Below, one piece after another: positions 12,156 to 22,283 of a stretch of 64,000 nt of DNA. Positions within the stretch are counted from its first letter, which is position 1, and the number at the start of each line of letters is the position of its first letter. Below the pieces are notes generated by a model that ran no database searches, was not told the origin of the DNA, and was given only the letters and a program-made list of their open reading frames with translations. This DNA comes from an uncultured Actinomycetes bacterium (GTDB lineage Bacteria; Actinomycetota; UBA4738; HRBIN12): positions 248,416 through 312,415 of the forward strand of contig CAVQKV010000004.1 in the NCBI GenBank assembly GCA_963713185.1. Direction: 5' to 3'. The translations under genes and the position numbers were made by a program.

Positions 12156-12988
12156 AGCGCGAGGTCGGACGCGGTGAGCTGGTTCCCATACGGCCCCTTC
12201 CCCGATGCGCACCACGCCCCGCAGCGTGCCGCGACCGCCAGGGCGCGCTCGGTCTCCATGCCCTGTCCGAGCGCGAACGTGAGCCCCGCCGCGAAGGAGT
12301 CGCCGGCGCCGTACGTGTCGACGACGGGTCCCGGTGGCGGGATGGGATCGTAGGTGCCGGCCCGGCCGTCGTCGGTCTCGAAGCGCCCACCGTGCAGGGC
12401 GTCGGTCCGGACGACCAGGTGCGGCGGGTGGGTGAGCGCGTCGGGGTCGAACGCCTCGGCCGGGTCGTTGGCGCTCCCGACGACCGCGTCGAGGTGCACG
12501 TCCGCCGCGACGAGCAGATCCCTGACGCGGCTGGTGGCGACCAGCACCCGAGCCCGACGCGCCTCGCGGAGCGCTCCCGGGTTGCCGGCGGTGAAGTACA
12601 CGGCGTCGACGACCTCGAGCTCGTTCCACGGCAGCCGATCCGATGCGTCCGGCTGGAGCCGCCGTCCGAGCGTCGTGATCGTCCGTTCTCCGTCTCCATC
12701 GACGAACACCACCGCGCGCCGGGTCGGCTCATCTCGGATGGTGGTCTCGAGCCGAACGCCGAGCGCTTGAAGCCGTCGCCGAGACCGATGGCCGCGCTCA
12801 TCGTCGCCGAGGGCGGTGTAGAAGGTGCATGCACCCGCCAGCCGCGCGAGCTGCACGGCCGCGACCGCCCCGCCGCCCCCGGGCTCTTCCCAGCCCCCCG
12901 TGGCATGCACGATCTGTCCGGCGGCCGGGACGCGCGCGACGTGACCGAACTCGATCCACTCGACATGCCCGACGACCGCGGTGCGCAT
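12152..12988 (-). CDS. PfkB family carbohydrate kinase
   Basis: PGGGGAVAAVQLARL and VVDTYGAGDSFAAGL signatures. Confidence 0.9.
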   Translation of the reverse strand: MRTAVVGHVEWIEFGHVARVPAAGQIVHATGGWEEPGGGGAVAAVQLARLAGACTFYTALGDDERGHRSRRRLQALGVRLETTIRDEPTRRAVVFVDGDGERTITTLGRRLQPDASDRLPWNELEVVDAVYFTAGNPGALREARRARVLVATSRVRDLLVAADVHLDAVVGSANDPAEAFDPDALTHPPHLVVRTDALHGGRFETDDGRAGTYDPIPPPGPVVDTYGAGDSFAAGLTFALGQGMETERALAVAARCGAWCASGKGPYGNQLTASDLAL

Positions 12989-13014
12989 CTGGGGCAGTGT
13001 GGCATCCTCACCAC

Positions 13015-14075
13015 GTGGAGCAGCGCCGACTGACGTCGTTCAGCCACGGGGCCGGGTGCGGGTGCAAGCTCGGGCCCACCGACCTCGAGACCGTCCTCGG
13101 AACGCTCGCGCTCCCCGAGCTGCAGGCAAACGTGCTCGTCGCCGCGGACACGGGTGACGACGCCGCGGTGGTCCGGCTGTCGGACGGGCAGGCGCTGGTC
13201 GCGACGCTCGACTTCTTCACGCCGATCGTCGACGACCCGTACGACTGGGGCCGGATCGCCGCGACGAACGCGCTCTCCGACGTCTACGCGATGGGGGCGC
13301 GGCCGTTCCTCGCGCTGAACGTCGCCGCGTGGCCCGTCGACGATCTGCCGCTCGAGATGCTCGGCGAGGTACTGCAGGGCGGGATCGATGTCGCGAGCAA
13401 GGCCGGCGCGGCGGTCCTGGGCGGGCACACGATCACCGACCCCGAGCCGAAGTACGGGATGGTCGCGTTGGGTCTGGCCGACCCCGAACGGATCGTGCGC
13501 AACTCCACGGTGCCACCCGAGGCGCACCTGTTCCTCACGAAGCCGCTCGGGATCGGCATCGCGACCACGGCCCACAAGCGTGGGGTCGCCGAGCACGAGC
13601 TCCTCTCCGCCGCCGTCGAGCTGATGACGACGCTGAACGATGCCGCCGCCGAGGCGATGGTCGAGGTCGGCGCCGAGGCGGCGACCGACGTGACCGGGTT
13701 CGGATTGCTGGGGCACCTCCGCCGGATGCTGGCCACGTCGGGCGTCGGGGCGAGGATCGACGCATCGGCGGTGCCGGTGCTCCCCGGGGTGCTCGACCTC
13801 GCGATGCTCGACATCGTCCCGGGCGGGACCCAGTCGCAACCACGCCTATCTGTCGCCGCAACCGTCCAGTGGGGCGAGGCTCTCGCTACCCGAGCAGCTG
13901 GTGCTGGCGGACGCCCAGACCTCGGGCGGCCTGCTGATCGCGGCCACGGATCACGAGTCGGATGGCTCGGCGAGCTGACCGGCCGCGGCCTGGTCTGGGC
14001 CGACGTCGGCGTGACCGTCGAGGGCCGACCCGGCACGACGCCGTCACCGGACGGCTGGCGGGACACGCGGGCTGA
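13015..14075 (+). CDS. selD: Selenide, water dikinase, Cys-type (frameshifts about 13840-14040)
   Basis: RLTSFSHGAGCGCKLGP, DDAAV, DFFTPIVDDPYDWGRIAATNALSDVYAMG, TDVTGFGLLGH, DAQTSGGLL. Confidence 0.92.
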
Positions 14076-14087
14076 ACGATCGTTCAG

Positions 14088-14112
14088 GGAATACCACCGC
14101 GCTGGTAGGGTT
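14088..14112 (+). promoter_or_regulatory. Putative SigH/SigR-type ECF promoter for the mec-moeB-cysO operon
   Basis: GGAAT-N17-GTT, 13 nt before the mec ATG. The orthologous operon is SigH-regulated in M. tuberculosis. Confidence 0.55.
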
Positions 14113-14125
14113 CTTTGCACCTGCG

Positions 14126-14528
14126 ATGTTGGAGACTCGACCGGGGCTTCTTCGACGAGATGGTGGAGCACGGGCTCGCCGCGTTCCCGAACGAGGCCTG
14201 CGGCCTGCTCGCGGGCAAGGAGGGTCGGCCGGTCAAGTTCTTCGCGATGACCAACCAGCGACGCGAGCCCGGTCACCTACCGGCTCGACCCGAAGGAGCA
14301 GCTGCGGGTGTTCGACGAGATCGACGACGAGGGCTGGGACCTGCTGGGGATCTTCCACACGCATACGCACTCGGAGGCCTACCCGTCCGAGACCGACCTG
14401 CGGCAGGCCTTCTACCCGGAGACGTACGTACCTGGTGATGTCGCTCTCGGACCGCAGCGAACCCGGCGCTGCGGGGGTTCCGGATCGGCGAGGGCCGCGT
14501 CGACGAGGAGGAGGTCGCGATCGGATGA
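14126..14528 (+). CDS. mec: JAB/Mov34 metallopeptidase (CysO-cysteine peptidase Mec), frameshifted
   Basis: PNEACGLLAG and GIFHTHTHSEAYPSETD (JAMM motif) across frames. Confidence 0.88.
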
Positions 14529-15383
14529 GCGGGCCCGGCCTTCACCGAGGAGCAGGTCCGCCGGTACGCGCGTCACATCATCCTGCCCGGGATCGGCGGG
14601 CAAGGGCAGCGGAAGCTGCTCGATGCCAAGGTGCTCTGCATCGGGGCGGGCGGGCTCGGATCGCCGGTGGCGATGTACCTGGCGGCGGCCGGGGTCGGAA
14701 CCCTCGGGATCTTGGACTTCGACAGGGTCGACGAGTCGAACCTGCAGCGTCAGATCATCCACTCGACCGCGGACGTCGGGCGGCCGAAGGTCGAGAGCGC
14801 CGCCGACCGGCTGCGCGCGATCAACCCGACGATCGAGGTCGTCCCCTACGACACGATCCTGTCCTCGGCGAACGCGTTCGAGGTGCTCGGGCCGTGGGAC
14901 GTCGTCGTCGACGGGACCGACAACTTCCCGGTCCGCTACCTCGTGAACGACGCGACCCAGTTCCTCGGCAAGCCGCTCGTGTACGGCTCGATCTACCAGT
15001 GGGACGGGCAGGCGACCGTGTTCATGCCGGGCCAGGAGGCGCCGTGCTACCGGTGCCTGTTCCCGCAGCCGCCGCCGCCCGGCACCGTCCCCTCGTGCGC
15101 GGAGGGCGGCGTGTTCGGGGTGCTCCCCGGGATCGTCGGCTCGATCCAGGCCACGGAGGCGGTCAAGCTCATCACCGGCAAGGGCGACCCGTTGGTCGGC
15201 CGACTCCTGATCTTCGACGCGCTCCAGATGGACTTCCAGACGGTGCGGGTCCGGTGGGACGCGGACTGCCCCGTCTGCGGCAAGGAGCCGTCGATCACCG
15301 AGCTGATCGACTACGACGCCTTCTGCGGTCTCACGCCGGGGCAGGTGCCGCCCGAGGCCGAGCACGGCGTCGCGACGAGCTGA
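14525..15383 (+). CDS. moeB: MoeB/ThiF-family adenylyltransferase (E1-like), no rhodanese domain
   Basis: RYARHIIL, GAGGLGSP, DFDRVDESNLQRQ, DGTDNF, CYRC, CPVC; indel near 14540. Confidence 0.9.
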
Positions 15384-15409
15384 GGAACCGAGATGGAAGG
15401 ACGGATCTC

Positions 15410-15698
15410 ATGGCCCGCGTGAAGCTCCCCACGATCCTGCGGGCGCACGCCGGAGGCGAGCGCGACGTCGACGCCGAGGGGACGACGCTCCGGGAGCTCC
15501 TTCGAGATCTCGAGACGCCGGTACCCGGGCATCACCGAGATGGTCCTCACGGACGACGGCGCCTTGCACCGGTTCGTGAACGTCTACGTGAACGACGAGG
15601 ACGTCCGCTACCTCGGTTCGCTGGAGACCGAGGTGGATCCGGACGACACGGTCTCGATCCTTCCGGCGGTGGCCGGCGGCGCCTCGGGCGGCAGCTGA
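15410..15698 (+). CDS. cysO: Ubiquitin-like sulfur carrier (CysO/MoaD family), frameshift near 15520
   Basis: VKLPTILR...LHRFVNVYVNDEDVRYL...SILPAVAGGASGGS*. Confidence 0.88.
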
Positions 15699-15813
15699 GT
15701 CGACCGGCGCGCGTAACCCGCCACCCTCCGGGAGCGTTCTTCCCTCGATAGGTCTACATTCCGGGTGTCGCCATGAGGCATCTCATGACCGAAGAGCGGG
15801 GGTGACCAGTCCC

Positions 15814-18012
15814 ATGCGGAGACTCGTCCTCGCGGTCGTCGCGCTGCTGGCGATCGCATCGGTGCCGGTCGTGACCTCGGCGGCGCCGGGGTCGGGATCG
15901 GGAAGGCTCGGACCCGATGTCCGAGAGCTGGATCCCGAAGCTCATCACGCGCTCGCGCTGTCTCCACACGCGAAGCAGGAGATCCGCGCTTCCGCTGCAG
16001 TGCTTCCTCGCCACCTCGCGCCCCCCGTGGTGGGTGAGGAGCGGCTCTGGCTCGCCACCGACACGACGCAGGGCGACTACGTGAAGCAGTACACGCTTCG
16101 GGGGGTCGGCGACAACATCGAGGTCTGGGTCGCGAGCGATGAGGACAAGATCTCGGCAGGCACCGATTTCCCAGCGGGCGACTGTCGCAACGACGGGAAG
16201 CGCAACGTCGTCACCGACGCGCAGGTCCAGTACCTGATCGCTCAGTTCGACAGCAACATGTATCCGATCGAGTCGAACGCGTTCAGCGTGGCCCCTTCTC
16301 GCGACGGCAGCAATGCGTTCCTCGCGAAGCTCCTGGGTCTTCCCAAGGGCTACTACCGAGGACCCGGGGACCGCATCGTCACGCTCATCGACAACGTTCG
16401 CGACGACAACTTCTACGACACGAACAGCGCGACGTCACAGCCGTACATCGCCGGCTTCTACACGTCCTTCTACGACGACTTGACCAACCGGCTGGTAATG
16501 TCGGTCGACGCGTTCGATTGGGCCCACCGGACGGGGGCGAACCCTCCGAACGAGCCGTCCTCGGATCCCTGCCTCAATGCCACGGCTCGCCCCTTCCTCT
16601 ACGAGGGAACGTTCGCGCACGAATACCAACACCTGCTCGAGAACTACGTCGACGCCGACGAAGTGAGCTGGGTGAACGAGGGCGTCTCCGACTACGCCCA
16701 GACGATCACCGGCTACGTCGATCCATCGATCCCCGTGACGCAGATCGGGTTCGACAGCCACATCCAAGGGTTCCTCGGATTCAACGATGTGCTCACACCG
16801 GCGAATCCGATCCCGCGACCAGGCGGACCGGAGAACTCGCTCACGCTTTGGGGGGACCAGACGGACTACCCGACGGAGATCTTCGCCGACTATGGCGCAG
16901 CGTACTCATTCATGGAATACCTGGCAGGGCGTTTCGGACACCCGTTCCTGACGAGTCTGCATCTAGGGCCCGAGAACGGTCTCGACTCGCTAGCGGCGCT
17001 GCTGACGCAGGCCGGTTCGACGGCCAAGCCGCTGGACGTGCTCGCGTCCTGGGCGACGATGGTCGCGGTCGACAAGTCCCTGGATGATGGGTTCACGCTC
17101 ACGGGCGGGACACCTGCAGAATTCAGAACCCCCACGCTGCACGCGGAGATCGATTGGGACAACGACCAGGCGTTCGCCGGACCGGGTGTTCCCCCGAACG
17201 GCTCCGATTACGTGCGTCTCCGCAATGCCTCCGACGCCTACCTGAGCGCAGGAAAGGTCGACAGCGTCGAGTTCAGCGGCGCGAGCAAGCTCGCGAAGTT
17301 GCCCGTCGAGTGGAAGGTCGACAAGAGTCCTCCGAAGGGTGGTCCCTCCAAGGCCTTGTACTCGGGTAAGGGCGACAACCTCGACCGGGCGATCGCACGC
17401 AAGGTCCGGGTCGAGGACGGTGTCCTCGAGGTCGATATGGCGTGGGACACTGAGGAGGGCTACGACTACGCATACGTCCAGGTCTCGACCGACGGCGGCA
17501 AGCAGTACAAGAGCGTCCGGTGTACCGACTCCATCGACGCGCCCCTCGGCCCGGGCTTCGACGGCGACTCCGGCGGGTTCGTCACCGAGCGGTGCAACCT
17601 CCACCGCTACGCCGGCGACCAGGTGATCCTCGCCTTCCGTTATGTCACGGACGGCGGGGTGATCCTTCCCGGGTACTGGGTCGGCAAGGTCGATCTCGAC
17701 GGACAGGTGGTTTCGAACGGGACGGGGCTCAAGGGTTGGAAGTCCATCACGCAGATCCACCCGGTGGACGTAAAGAAGTGGGTCGTTCGCCTGGTCGCGA
17801 TCGACGAGACCACGCACCAGGTTCGGATCGGCACGCTCACGCTCGACGGCAACTTCGATGGGTCGCTCTCGGGTGCCGATCTGGACGCGCTGATCGGCAC
17901 GACGGGCAGCACCGTCGCCGCCATCGTGACGTTCTTGGACCGTACCGAACAAACCCTGCAGACCGCGCCGTACACGCTCACCGTGAACGACGTGCTGCAA
18001 CCGGGCGGGTAA
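15814..18012 (+). CDS. Secreted zinc metallopeptidase (immune inhibitor A/M6-M30-like)
   Basis: Signal peptide, FAHEYQH and WVNEG; C-terminal MAM-like segment (EEGYDYAYVQVSTDGG...FRYVTD). Confidence 0.78.
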   Translation: MRRLVLAVVALLAIASVPVVTSAAPGSGSGRLGPDVRELDPEAHHALALSPHAKQEIRASAAVLPRHLAPPVVGEERLWLATDTTQGDYVKQYTLRGVGDNIEVWVASDEDKISAGTDFPAGDCRNDGKRNVVTDAQVQYLIAQFDSNMYPIESNAFSVAPSRDGSNAFLAKLLGLPKGYYRGPGDRIVTLIDNVRDDNFYDTNSATSQPYIAGFYTSFYDDLTNRLVMSVDAFDWAHRTGANPPNEPSSDPCLNATARPFLYEGTFAHEYQHLLENYVDADEVSWVNEGVSDYAQTITGYVDPSIPVTQIGFDSHIQGFLGFNDVLTPANPIPRPGGPENSLTLWGDQTDYPTEIFADYGAAYSFMEYLAGRFGHPFLTSLHLGPENGLDSLAALLTQAGSTAKPLDVLASWATMVAVDKSLDDGFTLTGGTPAEFRTPTLHAEIDWDNDQAFAGPGVPPNGSDYVRLRNASDAYLSAGKVDSVEFSGASKLAKLPVEWKVDKSPPKGGPSKALYSGKGDNLDRAIARKVRVEDGVLEVDMAWDTEEGYDYAYVQVSTDGGKQYKSVRCTDSIDAPLGPGFDGDSGGFVTERCNLHRYAGDQVILAFRYVTDGGVILPGYWVGKVDLDGQVVSNGTGLKGWKSITQIHPVDVKKWVVRLVAIDETTHQVRIGTLTLDGNFDGSLSGADLDALIGTTGSTVAAIVTFLDRTEQTLQTAPYTLTVNDVLQPGG

Positions 18013-18033
18013 CCCAACGCTCGAGCATCTGGC

Positions 18034-18064
18034 GGGGGTCGGGTCTGCAAGGACCCGACCCCCC
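18034..18064 (+). terminator. GC-rich hairpin after the peptidase gene
   Basis: GGGGGTCGGGTC-tgcaag-GACCCGACCCCC inverted repeat; no U-tract. Confidence 0.6.
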
Positions 18065-18158
18065 TCGCCCGTACGCTGGGATAATCCGCTTCGATGTCCG
18101 TTCCCGAACCCCGCGGCCTCCGCGCGTCGTCGATGACGCCCGGCCGGGACCGGCCGCG

Positions 18159-19091
18159 ATGAGGTTCGTCGACCTCCTGGAGGCGATCGGCGACACGCCG
18201 CTCGTGGGTCTGCCCGCCTTGAGCCCTCGACCCGGGGTCCGGCTGTGGGCCAAGCTGGAGGGCCAGAACCCGACCGGTTCGGTGAAGGACCGGATCGCCA
18301 AGGCCATGATCGAGGCCGCCGAGGCCGCCGGCGAGCTCACACCCGAACGCACGATCCTCGAACCGACCTCGGGCAACACCGGCATCGCGCTCGCGATGGT
18401 CGCCCGGCGCAAGGGCTACCGGCTCACCGTGGTCATCCCCGACAACGCGAGTGAGGAGCGGATCCGGCTCCTCGAGTTGTTCGGTGCCGAGATCGTGCTC
18501 TCGCCCGGCGACAGGGGCACCAACGGCTCGATCGAGGTCGCCCGCCGCCTGGCGATCGACGAGCGCTACTTCATGCCGTTCCAGTACGGGAACCCGGCGA
18601 ACCCGCGGGCCCACGAGGAGGGCACCGGTGAGGAGATCGTCCGGGACCTCCCGGGGATCACGCACTTCGTCGCCGGGCTCGGGACCGGGGGGACCCTCAC
18701 GGGCGTCGGCCGGCGGCTGAAGCGTCACGACCCGAACGTCCAGATCGTCGCGGCCGAGCCGGAGCTCGGCGACCTCGTCTACGGGCTGCGGTCGCTGGAG
18801 GACGGGTTCGTCCCCCCGATCTTCGACGCGTCGATCCTGGACCGGAAGTTCCTGGTCAACGCCTCGGACTCGCTGCGGGCGACGCGCGAGCTCACCGAGC
18901 GCGAGGGCATCTTCGCCGGCATCTCCTCGGGTGCGGTCCTGCACGTCGGTCGTCGCGTCGCGTCCGAGCTCGACCGCGGCGAGATCGTCTGCCTGCTCGC
19001 GGACGGCGGCTGGAAGTACCTGTCGACCCAGGCCTGGGCGCCCGAACTCGAGCGCGCCGAGAAGAACGTCTCCGAGACCCTATGGTGGTAG
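18159..19091 (+). CDS. cysM: PLP-dependent cysteine synthase (CysM type)
   Basis: IGDTPLV, KLEGQNPTGSVKDR, EPTSGNTGIAL, GLGTGGT, DGGWKYLST. Confidence 0.92.
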   Translation: MRFVDLLEAIGDTPLVGLPALSPRPGVRLWAKLEGQNPTGSVKDRIAKAMIEAAEAAGELTPERTILEPTSGNTGIALAMVARRKGYRLTVVIPDNASEERIRLLELFGAEIVLSPGDRGTNGSIEVARRLAIDERYFMPFQYGNPANPRAHEEGTGEEIVRDLPGITHFVAGLGTGGTLTGVGRRLKRHDPNVQIVAAEPELGDLVYGLRSLEDGFVPPIFDASILDRKFLVNASDSLRATRELTEREGIFAGISSGAVLHVGRRVASELDRGEIVCLLADGGWKYLSTQAWAPELERAEKNVSETLWW

Positions 19092-19149
19092 GCGCGCGCA
19101 TGCCGGATGGTGACCGGATGAGCCGGCGATCGGCTCCCCCGAGGCTCCG

Positions 19150-19977
19150 ATGAGCGACCCGCGGCCGATCGGCATCTTCGACTCCGGCGTCGGCGGGCTC
19201 ACGGTGGCGCGCGCCGTCTTCGACCTGCTGCCGAACGAGCCGATCCTGTACGTGGGGGACAACGGCCGGTTCCCATACGGTCCGCGTCCACTCGAGGAGA
19301 TCCGCGCCTTCGCGCTCGAGATCGCCGAGTACCTGGCCGACCGCGAGGTCAAGATGCTCGTGGTCGCCTGCAACTCGATCGAGGTGGCCGCGATCGCCGA
19401 CGTCGCCGGCGCGCACGGCGTGCCCGTGATCGGCGTGATCGACCCGGGCGCCCGCGCCGCCGTGCACGCGACCCGGAACCGACGGATCGGCCTGATCGGC
19501 ACCGAGGCCACCGTCGCGAGCGGGGCGTACGCGCGCGCCATCGCGAGGACCGGCGCCGACGTGGAGCTGTTCTCGGCCGCCTGCCCGGTCTTCGTCCAGC
19601 ACGTGGAGGCCGGCGACACCTCGAGCGACGAGTTGCTCGAGGCCGCGCGGGGGTATCTTGTTCCGCTGGCTGAAGAGGGGATCGACACCCTGATCCTAGG
19701 GTGCACGCACTACCCGATGCTCTCCGGGCTGATCCAGATGGTGATGGGGGAGGACGTGCTGCTCGTTTCGTCCGCCGAGGAGACCGCCAAGGACGTGTAT
19801 TCGACGCTCCGTGCGGCCTCGCTGCTGCGCGAGGGCGCGGGGGAGCCGAGGCACGGGTTCCTGACCACGGGCGACCCGGAGCGGTTCCGGCAGGTGGCCC
19901 ATCATTTCCTGGGGCCCGAGCTCGAGGGCGTGGGCCCCGTCGAGGTGCGGGTCGTCGAGGGGGTCCCGTGGAGCTGA
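19150..19977 (+). CDS. murI: Glutamate racemase
   Basis: IGIFDSGVGGLTV, VACNS, LILGCTHYP. Confidence 0.96.
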   Translation: MSDPRPIGIFDSGVGGLTVARAVFDLLPNEPILYVGDNGRFPYGPRPLEEIRAFALEIAEYLADREVKMLVVACNSIEVAAIADVAGAHGVPVIGVIDPGARAAVHATRNRRIGLIGTEATVASGAYARAIARTGADVELFSAACPVFVQHVEAGDTSSDELLEAARGYLVPLAEEGIDTLILGCTHYPMLSGLIQMVMGEDVLLVSSAEETAKDVYSTLRAASLLREGAGEPRHGFLTTGDPERFRQVAHHFLGPELEGVGPVEVRVVEGVPWS

Positions 19978-20720
19978 CCATCCTCGGCTCGAGCGGGACC
20001 TGGCCGAACGCGGACACGGCGACCTCCGGCTACCTCGTGCAGCACGACGGGTTCAACCTGTGGATGGACGCCGGCACCGGGACGCTCGCGAACCTGCAGC
20101 AGTACATCGACATCCCCGACCTGCACGCGATCGTGATCTCGCACGAGCACCCCGATCACTTCGTCGACCTGTACCCGGCCTTCTACGCGTGGCACTACGG
20201 CGAGCTCGGCGAGCCGGGGCTCCCGGTGTTCGTGCCCACCGACTTCACCCAGCGGCTTGCCGACCTCGTGGCGATCGACTCGCAGGTGGCGATGCGCACG
20301 GCGTTCGCGTTCACCGAGGTGGCGCCCGGTGAGGCGTTCGACGTGGGGCCGTTCCGCGTCAAGACCGAGCCGATGGCCCATCTCGGGCTCCCGGCGCTCG
20401 GGTTCCGCGTCGCCGCCGACGGCCAGGTGCTCGCGTACACGGGGGACACCGGGCCGACCCATCACGTCGAGGTGCTCGCGCGCGACGCCGACCTGCTGCT
20501 CGCCGAGGCCACGTGGCAGGACCGCGACGACCTCCTGCCGTTCCACATGTCGTCGCGCCAGGCCGCCGACCACGCGCGCGAGGCCGGTGTCGGCAAGCTC
20601 GTCCTCACGCACATCTGGCCGTCGCTCGACCACCAGATCTCGAAGGATCAGGCCGGCGAGGAATACGAGGGGCCGATCGAGACCGCCGTCGAGGGTATGC
20701 GGTTCGGGGTCGGTTCGTGA
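19968..20720 (+). CDS. MBL-fold metallo-hydrolase (Rv1339-like)
   Basis: [21 protein letters not shown]; conserved position between murI and rph. Confidence 0.88.
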   Translation: MELTILGSSGTWPNADTATSGYLVQHDGFNLWMDAGTGTLANLQQYIDIPDLHAIVISHEHPDHFVDLYPAFYAWHYGELGEPGLPVFVPTDFTQRLADLVAIDSQVAMRTAFAFTEVAPGEAFDVGPFRVKTEPMAHLGLPALGFRVAADGQVLAYTGDTGPTHHVEVLARDADLLLAEATWQDRDDLLPFHMSSRQAADHAREAGVGKLVLTHIWPSLDHQISKDQAGEEYEGPIETAVEGMRFGVGS

Positions 20721-21436
20721 CGATCCGGCCCGACGGCCGCGCGACGGACGAGCTGCGCCCGGTCGCCGCCGAGCTCGGGTTCCAGGAGTGGGCCGAGGGG
20801 TCGGTGCTGTTCTCGATGGGGCGGACGAAGGTGTTGGTCGCGGCGACCGTCCAGGACGAGGCGCCCCGATGGCTGCGGGGCAGCGGCACCGGCTGGGTCA
20901 CGGGCGAGTACGCGATGCTCCCGCGGGCAACGAACGAACGCACGTTCCGCGAGGTGAACAAGGGCCGTCCGAGCGGCCGGACGCAGGAGATCCAGCGGCT
21001 GATCGGGCGGTCGCTCCGAGCGGTGACCGACCTGAAGCGCCTGGGCGAGCGCACGATCACGATCGACTGCGACGTCCTCGTCGCGGACGCCGGCACGCGG
21101 TGCGCCTCGATCACGGGCGGGTACATCGCCCTCGCCCTCGCGCTGCGCGGCCTCGCGGAACGGAAGTCGATCGAGGGCGACCTGCTGACGGACACCGTGG
21201 CCGCCGTGAGCGTGGGCGTCGTCGGCGGCGACGCGCTGCTCGACCTGTCGTACGAGGAGGACGCCGGCGCCGAGGTCGACTGCAACGTCGTGATGACCGG
21301 TTCGGGGCGCCTCGTCGAGATCCAGGGGACGGCCGAGGGCGAGCCGTTCTCCAGAGGCGACCTCGACGCGCTGCTCGACCTCGCGGAGGCGGGGATCAAG
21401 CAGCTGACCCAGATCCAGCGCGACGTCCTCGCGTAG
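20717..21436 (+). CDS. rph: Ribonuclease PH
   Basis: [53 protein letters not shown]. Confidence 0.96.
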   Translation: MTIRPDGRATDELRPVAAELGFQEWAEGSVLFSMGRTKVLVAATVQDEAPRWLRGSGTGWVTGEYAMLPRATNERTFREVNKGRPSGRTQEIQRLIGRSLRAVTDLKRLGERTITIDCDVLVADAGTRCASITGGYIALALALRGLAERKSIEGDLLTDTVAAVSVGVVGGDALLDLSYEEDAGAEVDCNVVMTGSGRLVEIQGTAEGEPFSRGDLDALLDLAEAGIKQLTQIQRDVLA

Positions 21437-21439
21437 CCC

Positions 21440-22039
21440 GTGCCCTTCCCTGAGCGGATCGCGCTCGCGACCAAGAACCCGCACAAGCTCCGCGAGCTCG
21501 AACGCATCTGCCGGGACTGGCCGGTCGAGTGGCTCACGGTCGACAACCACGAGGGCCCCTGGCCCGACGTCGACGAGCCGCACGACACCTACCTGCACAA
21601 CGCGCTCGAGAAAGCGGTGGCCGTCGCCGACGCGCTCGGGGTGCCGGCCGTGGCCGACGATTCCGGGATCGAGGTCGACGGGTTGGACGGCGCGCCGGGT
21701 CCGCGCTCCGCCCGGTTCGCGGGGGAGGGCGCGACCGATGCCGAGAACCTCGAGCAGTTGCTCGTTTCGGTCGCGCGGTTCGAGCCGGAACACCGGACGG
21801 CCCGCTACCGATGCGTCGCGGCGATCGCCTATCCCGACGGCCACGCCGTGCATGCCGAGGGCACGTGCGAGGGGATCCTCGCGGCCGCGCCCCGGGGGGA
21901 GGGCGGCTTCGGCTACGACCCCATCTTCGTCCCGCATGGCGAGCACCGGACGATGGCCGAGCTCGCGGACGACGAGAAGGACCGCATCAGCCACCGGGGC
22001 CGGGCGTTCCGAGCCCTGGCCGAGCTCCTGGCCCGGTAG
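21440..22039 (+). CDS. rdgB: dITP/XTP pyrophosphatase
   Basis: ATKNPHKLRE, ADDSG, GFGYDPIF, ISHRGRA. Confidence 0.96.
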   Translation: MPFPERIALATKNPHKLRELERICRDWPVEWLTVDNHEGPWPDVDEPHDTYLHNALEKAVAVADALGVPAVADDSGIEVDGLDGAPGPRSARFAGEGATDAENLEQLLVSVARFEPEHRTARYRCVAAIAYPDGHAVHAEGTCEGILAAAPRGEGGFGYDPIFVPHGEHRTMAELADDEKDRISHRGRAFRALAELLAR

Positions 22040-22261
22040 ATCCCCACGCTCGCGGTCATCTTGCTCGTGGGTGCGGGTGCGGCGTACGGCGTCACCCCTT
22101 ACCTGCAGAACGAGCTCGAGGCCGACGCCACCAAGGACGCCCGCAAGCTGTCCGTCGACGTCCTCCAGCCGCTGCTGATCCCCGCCGATGGGCAGGATCC
22201 GGTCCGCGGGGCTCGGTACGAGGCCCAGCTCGGGGGCGCCCGAGACCCCTCACGCGTCTGA
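22040..22261 (+). pseudogene. Fragment resembling the N-terminus of a membrane sensor protein
   Basis: Hydrophobic stretch followed by ARKLSVDVLQPLL; no clear start; abuts the rdgB stop. Confidence 0.3.
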
Positions 22262-22283
22262 GCGTCCCCGGGACCTGCCTCGG

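Noticed and set aside
13045-13075. Selenocysteine codon in selD
   Set aside because: The active-site motif is GCC GGG TGC GGG TGC AAG (Cys-Gly-Cys-Lys); there is no in-frame TGA.
14126-15698. Ubiquitin-like anti-phage conjugation system (E1/JAB/Ubl)
   Set aside because: No E2 is present, and the cysM-murI-rph context matches the known housekeeping CysO pathway.
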